In this document: positions 47,065-56,213 of the stretch, piece after piece
How the letters are laid out: each line of letters starts with the position of its first letter
How positions within the stretch are numbered: position 1 is the first letter of the stretch
Assembly: GCA_963797095.1 (NCBI GenBank)
Contig: CAWCNY010000002.1
Span: forward strand, 1,184,001-1,248,000
DNA length: 64,000 bases
Origin: an uncultured Chloroflexia bacterium
GTDB taxonomy: Bacteria > Chloroflexota > Chloroflexia > QHBQ01 > JADMIH01
Direction of reading: 5' to 3'
The notes under the pieces: generated by a model
Database searches by the model: none
Seen by the model: the letters and a program-made list of their open reading frames with translations, nothing else
What the model was told of the DNA's origin: nothing
Made by a program: the position numbers and the translations under genes

Positions 47065-48690
47065 ATGTCAGACTCCCAACAACCCGCCCAATCCCCAACC
47101 AAACATTATAAATGGTGGCAGACCGGCGTCATCTACCAGATCTACCCGCGCTCCTTCCAGGACTCCAACGGCGACGGTGTGGGCGACCTGCCCGGCATCC
47201 TCCAGCGCCTCCCCTACCTGCGATGGCTCGGCGTTGATGCCATCTGGATTTCCCCCATCTACCCCTCGCCGATGTGCGATTTCGGCTACGATGTAAGCGA
47301 CTACACAGGTATCCACCCACTTTTCGGCACCCTCGACGACTTCGACCGCCTCCTGGCGGGGGCACACCACCACGACCTGAACGTCATCCTAGACCTCGTG
47401 CCCAGCCACACCTCCGACCTTCACCCCTGGTTCCAGGCGTCCCGCTCCTCGCGCCACGACCCCCACCGCGACTGGTATATCTGGGCCGATCCTGCGCCCA
47501 ATGGTGGCCTTCCCAACAACTGGCTCAGCCGCTTCGGCGGCCCCGCGTGGACCTTCGACGAGGCCACCGGCCAGTATTACCTGCACTCATTCCTCAACGA
47601 GCAGCCCGACCTCAACTGGCGCAACCCCAACGTGCAAGCCGCCATGCTCGATGCTATGCGCTTCTGGCTAGATCGTGGCGTCGACGGCTTCCGCGTAGAC
47701 GTAATAGACCGCATAGTCAAGGACGACCTCCTGCGCGACGACCCGCCCAATCCCGATTGGCACCCCGGCATGGAGCCTTACAAATCGCTCTTGCACATTT
47801 ACAGCATGAATCGCCCGGAGGTACACGATGTCGTCCGTTCCATGCGCTCCCTGCTCGACACCTATCCCGACCGTATGATGGTAGGCGAGTCCTATTTGCC
47901 TATACCGGATCTGGCTAAGTACTATGGCGACCACCTCGATGAAGTTGAACTTGCCTTCAACTTCGAGCTAATTCGCGCTCCCTGGGCCGCCCCATACATT
48001 CGCGACTACATCCGCCGCTACGAGCGGTCGCTGCCCGAAGGCGCATGGCCCAACTGGGTCCTTGGCAACCATGATAACCATCGCGTGGCTACCAGGCTTG
48101 GCCCCAGGCAGGCGCGCGTAGCCCAGATGCTTCTGCTAACGCTGCGCGGCACTCCCACCTGCTACTATGGCGACGAACTTGGCATGCCCGACGTGCACGT
48201 ACCGCCCGACAGAATTCAGGACCCCTGGGGCAAGAACGTGCCGGATCTTGCCCTGGGCCGCGACCCCGAACGCACCCCCATGCAATGGGACCCCACCCTG
48301 CACGCGGGCTTCTCCACCGCAGAACCCTGGCTCCCCCTCGACGACAACTACAGGTCCATGAACGTCGAAGCAGAGCACAACGACCCCAATTCCATGCTCC
48401 ATTTCGTGCGCGCTCTCCTGACCCTCCGCCGCCACACCTCCGCCCTCACCGTAGGTACCTGGCAACCCGTCGCTACAAAACCTGATACCATACTTGCGTA
48501 CACGCGCAAGCACCAGGATCAACTTACGCTGGTAGCTCTCAATTTCTCAGACCAAAACCACACCCTCGACCTCTCAGCCTTAGGCACAACGGGCCGCGCC
48601 CTGATCTCCACTCACTGCGACAGGCAAAGCGAAGAATCGCTCTCGACTCTGCTGCTGCGCGAAAACGAAGGGGTAATCGTCAGGCTCTAG
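47065..48690 (+). CDS. GH13 alpha-glucosidase
   Basis: YQIYPRSFQDSNGDGVGD, GYDVSDY, QPDLNW, DGFRVD, LGNHD, YYGDELG, RDPERTPMQW. Confidence 0.93.
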   Translation: MSDSQQPAQSPTKHYKWWQTGVIYQIYPRSFQDSNGDGVGDLPGILQRLPYLRWLGVDAIWISPIYPSPMCDFGYDVSDYTGIHPLFGTLDDFDRLLAGAHHHDLNVILDLVPSHTSDLHPWFQASRSSRHDPHRDWYIWADPAPNGGLPNNWLSRFGGPAWTFDEATGQYYLHSFLNEQPDLNWRNPNVQAAMLDAMRFWLDRGVDGFRVDVIDRIVKDDLLRDDPPNPDWHPGMEPYKSLLHIYSMNRPEVHDVVRSMRSLLDTYPDRMMVGESYLPIPDLAKYYGDHLDEVELAFNFELIRAPWAAPYIRDYIRRYERSLPEGAWPNWVLGNHDNHRVATRLGPRQARVAQMLLLTLRGTPTCYYGDELGMPDVHVPPDRIQDPWGKNVPDLALGRDPERTPMQWDPTLHAGFSTAEPWLPLDDNYRSMNVEAEHNDPNSMLHFVRALLTLRRHTSALTVGTWQPVATKPDTILAYTRKHQDQLTLVALNFSDQNHTLDLSALGTTGRALISTHCDRQSEESLSTLLLRENEGVIVRL

Positions 48691-48698
48691 CCCGAATA

Positions 48699-51600
48699 CT
48701 ACTTCCCCAACCCGAAAACCGCTGCCGCATTATCGAACGGATAGAGCACTATATACTCCCCATCGGCTGCTGGCGCAATCCCCGCCGGTATAAACGGCAC
48801 CCCTGATGGTGCGAACACCCACCTGTTCTTCTCCGTCCCATCGGTTCGGTACTCGATAACCGCCTTGCCGTCATACTGCGTCAGCAGCGCGTCCCCGTCT
48901 GGCGTGCCCGTGATGCGGTTGCCATCGCGTGCCGTGCCCTCGCCCATCGGCCACTGTGCCAGCGGCTTCAGGTCGGGCGTGAAACTCTGCACCCTCTTAT
49001 TTCCCGCATCGGTCACAAACAAATACCCCTGCGGCGACTCCCACACGCTCGACGGTTCCACGAACTGCCCCGGCGCGGTGCCGTTCTCGCCCAATGTCAA
49101 CAGCGTCTGTCCCGTAAAGCTCACCTTTAGCACGTGCCCGAACCCCGTATCTGCCACCCACAAACTGCCGTCATTAGAAAGGGCCATCCCGCGTGGGAAA
49201 TAACATTCGCACAAATGGATGCGCCCCTCCTCCTCCCCATCCGGGCTGTATGTGATCAGAGACATTGCAGCCGAATCGAGCAGCAGCACCTTGTCATCAT
49301 GGACCAGCATCGCCGAGCCTTCCTTCAGCGGCGCGCCATCGCCCCCTGTGACATTCCATGTAGTTATGGGTGTCCCATCCGGCCCGAACTTATGTATCCT
49401 GCTATCGTCTTCCGAGTAAATATAGAAGTTGCCTTGCGTATCCATTGCCGCTGCCCGTGGGCGTGGCAGGCCCATCTTCCCCGCGCCTGCAAGTACCAAA
49501 CTGGGCACAAGCCTATCCCCCGCGACCACGGGTGTGGGCGGCGGTGGCTGGGGCTGGCTCTCACCCTGGTCCGGTGTCTCCGGCGGTTGAGGTTGTCCTA
49601 AATCTGCTGCGCTGCCCGCCCGCGTCCAATCCGTATCATCCGCTTCATCGATACTGGGCCATGATCCCGAAGCAGGCACGTCAGGGTATTTCCCCATCAC
49701 AGGCAACAGGAAATCCTGCGGAATGATGTACTTGTCGCTCATCCCAGGCGGCGTCCAGTACAGGTACATATGCGAAAAACCGTCCAGGTCCTCATATTGG
49801 ATGCGAATGTCGTGCAACCCCACCGTCAAATTTACCTGGGCCGACAACACCACGTTCGGTTGGGCGTTATACAGCACCTCGTTGCTGTCTATAAGCAGGC
49901 GCGCCCTGCTCAACTGCTCTGTGTAAAAAGTGTACACACCATCAACCGGAGCATATACCTTCCCAACCCACTCCACAGTGTAGGGCCTGTTGAGCGGTAT
50001 CACATGGAAATAGAACGATATCTGCGGGTCAATCCGCACGATCTCCGGGTTGGTGTTGAAGACATCGCCCTGGCGCAAATACGCGGTCAGCCCGTGTGGC
50101 TCAACCTTCCGCGGATCGAACAGCATCGTGCTCGCAATAGGCGACATCAACGAGTCTCCCTTGCCCATGAGCAGGCTGCCGAAATCAACCTTCGTACCCT
50201 GTGTGCCCGACAGCACCACGCTATGCAACCCTATCGCCAGGCTCACGCTCTCCCCCGCTGCCACGTCATTGCCGTCTATCGTAATCTGCGGTGCGGCTCC
50301 CGCGCCCTGCCACCCGAACTTGTACGGCGCGTACTCGTTGATCTTGAGCGTGGCGGCGCTGTGCGATTCGTCTATAGTTTCCGTCCCACGCACGCTCCTG
50401 ATATCCTCAGGCGAGATCACGATGCTGTACAGTTGCGGGTCTTGCCCGTTCGGCCCATATATGATCTGCATTTGAGCGTTCGGATATAACCGCTTGATGC
50501 TCAGTACGTCCGCTTCGTCGTTGCCGCCGAATATTACGGCCACATTCTTCTCGTCAGTGAAAGGCAGGATGCGCCCTCCCGGCCACACCTGCGGCTGCTT
50601 GCCGGGCGCGAGATACATGCTTGTTGGCGTGCCCACCTTGTCCGGGCTGATGTACACCTCGTAATCGTCCCCGAACTGGCTGAGCAGCGTCCCAACTGCC
50701 CGGTTGGGCCCCCACATCTCCAGCCACACCGACATATCGTTCATCTGCTTGTTGAAGTACCGGTCTATATTCATAGCGCCCGACCACACAGGCACCACGA
50801 TCACCGCTGCTGCCACCCCTCCATACAACAGGCGACTGTATGCGCGGGTCTGGCCCACCCTCTTGCGGTTGCGCCACCATGCCCAGGCCGCCGCTATACG
50901 TGCGTCCAGCGCGCTCCAAACCCCTCCTAAGAAGATCGCGGCCACCAGTGCTGTAACTACGCTGTTCTCCAGCGTGCGGTGGCTCTGCGGCGCTTCAAAC
51001 AGCAAAGAGAGCACCCCCCCCGAGATCGACGCCACAAACCATGCCACCGGAAACAGGTACTGCCATCTCCACAGCCTGAGCACGCACGTCGCCAGCCCCG
51101 CGAAGAAGAGCGCGGCGGTCAGCCAATCGAGCATCGGCTCCCCGGGCAGATTGTGCCTGGGATTGGAGTCGCCCCGGTAATCGAACATATCGAGGTGGCG
51201 GCGTATGCTCTCTGCCAGTGCGTCCGACCTCCCCTCGCTTCCTGTTGGCGAGAAAATGGTGACGGTGCTCGCCCGGCTGGTAAACGTGTCGGGGTGTTGT
51301 ATCGCGAACGTGCCGAGCGGGATGAATGTCAGCAGCGCGCTGACGACGAACACCGACACTCCCGCCCGCACCGCCCGGAAGAAGCGCATCCGCTCAGTCA
51401 CCAGCCTGTAGGCGAACAAAATCGCCAGCACCACCGGCAGCACCTGCGAAGCTAAATAGCTCTGTAGCGCCAGCCCCATCAGCACGCCCGCCCCCGCGTA
51501 GTACCCGAAGCGCCCGGTGCGCAGCCCCTGCATCACGCACAAATAGACGCCGACATCCAGCGCGATAGTTGGCAGCGAGTTCATTCCCAGTCTGCTGAAG

Positions 51601-53039
51601 GTGATATTCCATGCCGATGCTGCCAGCAGACCCCCTGCTATCAATCCAACTCGCCAGTTGTATAGCCGCGTGCCAAGCACGTACAGCATTGGCACCGTCA
51701 GCGAGCCACCGATGGCCGGGAGCAACCTCAGCTGCCATATCCCCGCGCCCAGGAACTTGATAATAATCCCCAGCACGTAGAGATAGATCGTCCCCATCGT
51801 GTAATAGCCGCCGATGAAGGCGTGGTGCACAGCGTCAGGTTGCAGCAGTTGCTGCCCAAGCAACCCCTCTTCCGCTTCGTCAAACCACAGGCCCGGCGGC
51901 GCGTTCTCAAGGTTGGGGAACCGCAACGCCATCGCCAGCACAAACAACCCGATGATGATCGCCCAGTGCCAGCGCGGCGATAGCCCGCCTCTCCATACTC
52001 CCTCTGCCCCGCTTGCCCCTTTTTGTTCGTCCTTCAGCGCCTGTTGCCCGTCGGTTTCAATAGCGGGCGGCACGCTTCTTTCCCAAACCACCCATGCCGC
52101 TCCGAACAGGAGCATCGCCGCGATCCACATCAGCCATGCCCCCGTGTTCGTCAGCCATCCGGTATTGACTTCGGCTTCGGGCAGCGCATTGCTCTGGACA
52201 TAGAACAGCGGCACCGAGGCAATCCCAAGCACCAGCGCGCTGCCCGCCAGCCCGGCGAACAGCCACCTCCTTATCCTCGACATCGAGCGCAGGCTTGCAA
52301 AGAATCGCGTCGTCTTGTGCGTCGCCATTGCGGGCCAGGGCGTGACCCCCAGCACGAACAGCAGTCCCGCCACCCCGAACAGCACCCAGCTTAATGTAGG
52401 CGGCTCCGGGTCGCCCGCCACGCGAGCATCCGACACCAGTTTCTGCCCATAGAACGCAACCCCCAGCGCCGCCAGCGCCAGCACCCACCCCCATCCTGCC
52501 CGCAGCCTTGTCAGCGTTGCCCACAACCCCTTCTTCTCGGCGGGCGCAGGCTCGGTCTCCTGCTCGGGCTTTTGCTCAGCCATGACAACAGTAGCAGGCC
52601 CTACCACTCGCGCAAGGCCCTTTTTCCGCTCCTTGCTTTCGTGCGCTCTACGCACTGGCAGTGGCGCGCTAACCACCTCCGGCTCCGTTTCCAGTTCCTT
52701 CGGTTCCACGCGCGCAGGTGTAGCAGCAGCCCGCGTCTCAGCAGGCGCTTCGGGTGTCTTCTCGGTGAGGGTTTGAGCAGCTATCGCGGCACGATCAGGC
52801 TTAGGGGCACGCCCCGGCACAGGCGCGCGCTTCTTGATCAGCAGAGATTCGCGCTTCACACTCGCCTGGGCGAGCAAGGTCGCCGCAGGATCGGGCGCTA
52901 CCCCTTCGGGTGCGATCTCTACATCACCTGTGCTTTGCCTGCGAGATTCGGTGGTTGCGGCTTCTTCTTTATCGCTCGTCGCGCCGTTATCCTTGCCTGC
53001 CCTAGATCCGGATTTACGTGGCTGGGACGAATTAGGCAT
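48699..53039 (-). CDS. GT39/PMT-like membrane glycosyltransferase with PA14 domain and C-terminal NHL beta-propeller
   Basis: LRFPNLENAPPGLWFDEAE, multiple TM helices, RHNLPGEPMLD, PA14-like YTVEWVGKVYAPVDGVYTF, NHL repeats (PRGMAL, GTAPGQFVEP, VTDAGNKRVQ). Confidence 0.8.
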   Translation of the reverse strand: MPNSSQPRKSGSRAGKDNGATSDKEEAATTESRRQSTGDVEIAPEGVAPDPAATLLAQASVKRESLLIKKRAPVPGRAPKPDRAAIAAQTLTEKTPEAPAETRAAATPARVEPKELETEPEVVSAPLPVRRAHESKERKKGLARVVGPATVVMAEQKPEQETEPAPAEKKGLWATLTRLRAGWGWVLALAALGVAFYGQKLVSDARVAGDPEPPTLSWVLFGVAGLLFVLGVTPWPAMATHKTTRFFASLRSMSRIRRWLFAGLAGSALVLGIASVPLFYVQSNALPEAEVNTGWLTNTGAWLMWIAAMLLFGAAWVVWERSVPPAIETDGQQALKDEQKGASGAEGVWRGGLSPRWHWAIIIGLFVLAMALRFPNLENAPPGLWFDEAEEGLLGQQLLQPDAVHHAFIGGYYTMGTIYLYVLGIIIKFLGAGIWQLRLLPAIGGSLTVPMLYVLGTRLYNWRVGLIAGGLLAASAWNITFSRLGMNSLPTIALDVGVYLCVMQGLRTGRFGYYAGAGVLMGLALQSYLASQVLPVVLAILFAYRLVTERMRFFRAVRAGVSVFVVSALLTFIPLGTFAIQHPDTFTSRASTVTIFSPTGSEGRSDALAESIRRHLDMFDYRGDSNPRHNLPGEPMLDWLTAALFFAGLATCVLRLWRWQYLFPVAWFVASISGGVLSLLFEAPQSHRTLENSVVTALVAAIFLGGVWSALDARIAAAWAWWRNRKRVGQTRAYSRLLYGGVAAAVIVVPVWSGAMNIDRYFNKQMNDMSVWLEMWGPNRAVGTLLSQFGDDYEVYISPDKVGTPTSMYLAPGKQPQVWPGGRILPFTDEKNVAVIFGGNDEADVLSIKRLYPNAQMQIIYGPNGQDPQLYSIVISPEDIRSVRGTETIDESHSAATLKINEYAPYKFGWQGAGAAPQITIDGNDVAAGESVSLAIGLHSVVLSGTQGTKVDFGSLLMGKGDSLMSPIASTMLFDPRKVEPHGLTAYLRQGDVFNTNPEIVRIDPQISFYFHVIPLNRPYTVEWVGKVYAPVDGVYTFYTEQLSRARLLIDSNEVLYNAQPNVVLSAQVNLTVGLHDIRIQYEDLDGFSHMYLYWTPPGMSDKYIIPQDFLLPVMGKYPDVPASGSWPSIDEADDTDWTRAGSAADLGQPQPPETPDQGESQPQPPPPTPVVAGDRLVPSLVLAGAGKMGLPRPRAAAMDTQGNFYIYSEDDSRIHKFGPDGTPITTWNVTGGDGAPLKEGSAMLVHDDKVLLLDSAAMSLITYSPDGEEEGRIHLCECYFPRGMALSNDGSLWVADTGFGHVLKVSFTGQTLLTLGENGTAPGQFVEPSSVWESPQGYLFVTDAGNKRVQSFTPDLKPLAQWPMGEGTARDGNRITGTPDGDALLTQYDGKAVIEYRTDGTEKNRWVFAPSGVPFIPAGIAPAADGEYIVLYPFDNAAAVFGLGK

Positions 53040-53155
53040 GTAAATTGACCTTCTTACATAACAAGTAAGATGTGCGGGATCGTCGCAAGTACACTTATTC
53101 TACCACAAAGAGCCGCCACCACGCAGATGCCCACATCATGGTACAATACTATATT

Positions 53156-53845
53156 ATGGAAAACTTGAGAGTCCTTGCGGTGTCCGACGTTGTACAGCCG
53201 AGACTCTACAACAACAGCATCACCTCATGGCTTCCCCATATAGACCTGCTCATCAGTTGCGGTGACCTGCCCCCCTACTACCTCGACTTCCTGGTCAGCA
53301 AAATCAACGTACCCATGTTCCACGTTATAGGCAATCATTGCTATGTCACTCACGACGCCGTCAGTAATCGCTGCTCCCCAGCCGACTACCCTGGCTTGCG
53401 CAACCTCAACGGCAGATTGACCGAGTACATGGGCCTCCTCATGGGTGGCATTGAGGGCAGCCCCGTCTACAGCAAAGGCCCCCACCAGTACACCGAGCAG
53501 GCAGTCGAGCTAAATCTCCTCAGGATGGTGCCCGGCCTCGCCCACAATAAGGTGCGCACCAGCCGTTATCTTGATATACTGGTATCACATGCACCGCCAA
53601 GAGGTATCCATGATAACCCTGACCCGGCTCACAGAGGCTGGGCCTCCCTTCTCCCTTTCATTGATCGTTTCAAACCCGCCGTTCTGTTGCATGGCCACAC
53701 CCATCGCTACGATCCGTTACTTCCAATGCGCACGAGGCGTGGTCCCACCGAAATAATCAACGCCTACGGCCACGTTCTCCTTGAGTTTGCTAGAGACGAA
53801 GCCTCCCTACCCTGGCAACTGGCAAGCTCATCCCTACGGAGTTGA
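53156..53845 (+). CDS. Metallophosphoesterase (calcineurin-like)
   Basis: AVSD, CGDL, GNH, SHAPP, HGHTH. Confidence 0.85.
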   Translation: MENLRVLAVSDVVQPRLYNNSITSWLPHIDLLISCGDLPPYYLDFLVSKINVPMFHVIGNHCYVTHDAVSNRCSPADYPGLRNLNGRLTEYMGLLMGGIEGSPVYSKGPHQYTEQAVELNLLRMVPGLAHNKVRTSRYLDILVSHAPPRGIHDNPDPAHRGWASLLPFIDRFKPAVLLHGHTHRYDPLLPMRTRRGPTEIINAYGHVLLEFARDEASLPWQLASSSLRS

Positions 53846-53852
53846 CTGATCA

Positions 53853-54890
53853 ATGGACGATGCTAACAGGTACGACACCCCGCTTGCCCAACGCGCCGCT
53901 GCCGACTTCGAACGCGCGCGCTTCAAAGCCTTTCTCAACGATCTAGTCGCGGGCCTATCTCGCCGCCCCAACTGGCTCCTCGCTTTCGAGGAAGTCCAGC
54001 GCGCCATCCCGATCAAAGGCCAGTCCTACAGGGGTATGCACAACGTCCCTGTTGCCTCCATCGTGGGCAGCGTCGACCGCTACCACGACTTCAATCGCGC
54101 CTTCCTCCCCACTCAGACCCGCACCCGCTCGCGCTGGGAGAGCGTGGACCGCGCCAACCTCAGCGACGTGATCCTGCCCCCTGTCCAGCTTTACAAGGTG
54201 GGTGATGTCTATTTTGTCAAGGACGGCAACCATCGTGTGTCGGTGGCCCGCGAAAGAGGGGCCGAGTTCATAGACGCCGAGGTGATCGAGCTAACAACCG
54301 CTGTGCCCCTTACCCCCGACACCGACCCCCGCGACCTCCTAAAGATGGGAGAGTATGCTCGCTTCCTCAGTGCTACCCAACTCGATGAGCTCAGGCCCGG
54401 TGTTCATATAGACTTCAGCAGCCTGGGCCGCTACGACGACCTCCTGGAACACATCTCCGCCCACCGCTGGTACATGGGCATCGAGCAGAACCGCCCCATA
54501 GAGTGGCAGGAAGCCGTCCTCGATTGGTACGACAACATCTACCTCCCTCTAGCCAGTATCATCGAGCGTACCGGCATCCTCAAGGAATTCCCCGGTCGCA
54601 CGGTTGGCGACCTCTACCTCTGGATCATGGACCACCGCTGGTATCTACGCGAGGAGAGTGGCGAAGATATCGGCATGGAGACCGCTGCCCTTCGCTACAC
54701 CGAGACTTACGGCTCGTGGACCCGCCGCGTTATTCGCTATCTTCGCAAGCTAAGGCAGGCTGCTACCCGTCCCCTGGTAATCACAGCCCAAACCATCGCC
54801 CGCGCCCTCGGCGCAGCCCCCAGAGACCCCCAACCAACAAACCACGACCAAAATACAACCCCCGACACCCACACCAACACAGACGCATAA
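53853..54890 (+). CDS. ParB/Srx-like domain + DUF4032-like protein
   Basis: IVGSVDRYHDF, LPPVQLYKVGDVYFVKDGNHRVSVAR, HRWYM, FPGRTVGDLYLWIMDHRWYL. Confidence 0.7.
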   Translation: MDDANRYDTPLAQRAAADFERARFKAFLNDLVAGLSRRPNWLLAFEEVQRAIPIKGQSYRGMHNVPVASIVGSVDRYHDFNRAFLPTQTRTRSRWESVDRANLSDVILPPVQLYKVGDVYFVKDGNHRVSVARERGAEFIDAEVIELTTAVPLTPDTDPRDLLKMGEYARFLSATQLDELRPGVHIDFSSLGRYDDLLEHISAHRWYMGIEQNRPIEWQEAVLDWYDNIYLPLASIIERTGILKEFPGRTVGDLYLWIMDHRWYLREESGEDIGMETAALRYTETYGSWTRRVIRYLRKLRQAATRPLVITAQTIARALGAAPRDPQPTNHDQNTTPDTHTNTDA

Positions 54891-54893
54891 CCC

Positions 54894-55901
54894 CTAGTCA
54901 CTCGTCACTCGCCACTCGCCACTCGCCACTCGCCACTCGCCACTCGTCCTGACCAGATTAGCCCACCCCTTATAGTCCCTGAATCCCACGCTCTCATACA
55001 GCGCGATTGCGTTGCTGTTCTTCCCCTCTACCGACAGTTCCACTACCGGCACTTCCATCCGCAAATATTCCACCCCCATCACCAGCAGCGCGCGCCCTAT
55101 TCCCCTCCCCCTGTACTCCGGCATCGTACCAAGCGAGTTGATATGCCCAACTCCTACCCCGCGCCTCTCACACTCCTCAGGGTGTATCGCCGTGAAACAG
55201 AACCCCGCGACCTTCTCGCCCTCGAACGCGAAAAACAGTCCCTCGGGTCGAAAATCCGGCTCCTTCGTGACAGCCGTCATTTCCTCCAGCGTGCGCTGAA
55301 CAGACCCGTAATGCTCGGCGAAAGTCGCATTACGCACCTGCATAAATAGCTCCTCATCCTCTCCCGGCACGAATGTCCTCACACTGAATCCCTCCGGTAG
55401 CACCGGCTCCTCCCTCACCTCAACCTCGGCAGGCAATTGCAGATCCCAAAAATATCGATCCAGTTCGTAGCCCCGCCTCTCAAGGAAATCGATCAACAGA
55501 TTGGCGTTCTTATTAGGGGTCATGACCGGTAGCGGCAGGCCGTTCTCGGCTATGTAATCCATCAAAGCCTTATAGAGCGCATTGCCGATCCCGCGCAGCC
55601 TGTAATCCGGGTGCACATGTATCCAGCCCCAGGCGTGCTCGCTGCCGGGACTGTGGCTGTAGTCACCCGCCCCTACCAACCTGGAAGCGCCATCACTTTC
55701 CATAGAGGCCAGCAGAATATGCCCTGTATTGAGAGGGCTATGGAACCAGCGCAACATCTCCTCGGCGCTTGTGCCCTCCACTGCGTCCGGCTCTAGCTCC
55801 GCGCATTCACTCGTAAACCGCGCCACCTCCGGTATATCCCCTTCCTCCATCCATCGAATTGTCAATCCCGGTACTGCGCTCTCTTTCTTCGCGGTTTCCA
55901 T
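54894..55901 (-). CDS. Tandem GNAT acetyltransferase (MshD-like architecture)
   Basis: Two acetyl-CoA motifs, VHPDYRLRGIG and TMPEYRGRGIG; NSNAIALYESVGF. Confidence 0.85.
   Translation of the reverse strand: METAKKESAVPGLTIRWMEEGDIPEVARFTSECAELEPDAVEGTSAEEMLRWFHSPLNTGHILLASMESDGASRLVGAGDYSHSPGSEHAWGWIHVHPDYRLRGIGNALYKALMDYIAENGLPLPVMTPNKNANLLIDFLERRGYELDRYFWDLQLPAEVEVREEPVLPEGFSVRTFVPGEDEELFMQVRNATFAEHYGSVQRTLEEMTAVTKEPDFRPEGLFFAFEGEKVAGFCFTAIHPEECERRGVGVGHINSLGTMPEYRGRGIGRALLVMGVEYLRMEVPVVELSVEGKNSNAIALYESVGFRDYKGWANLVRTSGEWRVASGEWRVTSD
54899..54947. repeat. Heptamer tandem repeat (cactcgc/t)x7
   Basis: Seven units between convergent genes, read through as the GNAT tail SGEWRVASGEWRV. Confidence 0.9.
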
Positions 55902-56213
55902 CAATGTCGCCTCCCCTTCAAGATTATTCAAGTCATTCTACCAACCGCACTGCTCGCCGCGCATCGTCCAAACGCCCTATTTCTTCGCACACTGACCACG
56001 TTCGCCGCTCCTCCAACGATCTTGATCCCTGTCGGAATTTCCTTACAATTTCCCCGAATCCCACAACCTTACCCCACCTTTTTGCGTACTATTTCTATGT
56101 GACAATCAGACTAAAGTCCCATATCCGCTCTTTGTGAAATCCCGTACAATAGTTTGGATACATTAGACAGCCCTACAAAAGAACGGTACAACAGGTCTTG
56201 GAGGTAGAACCTA

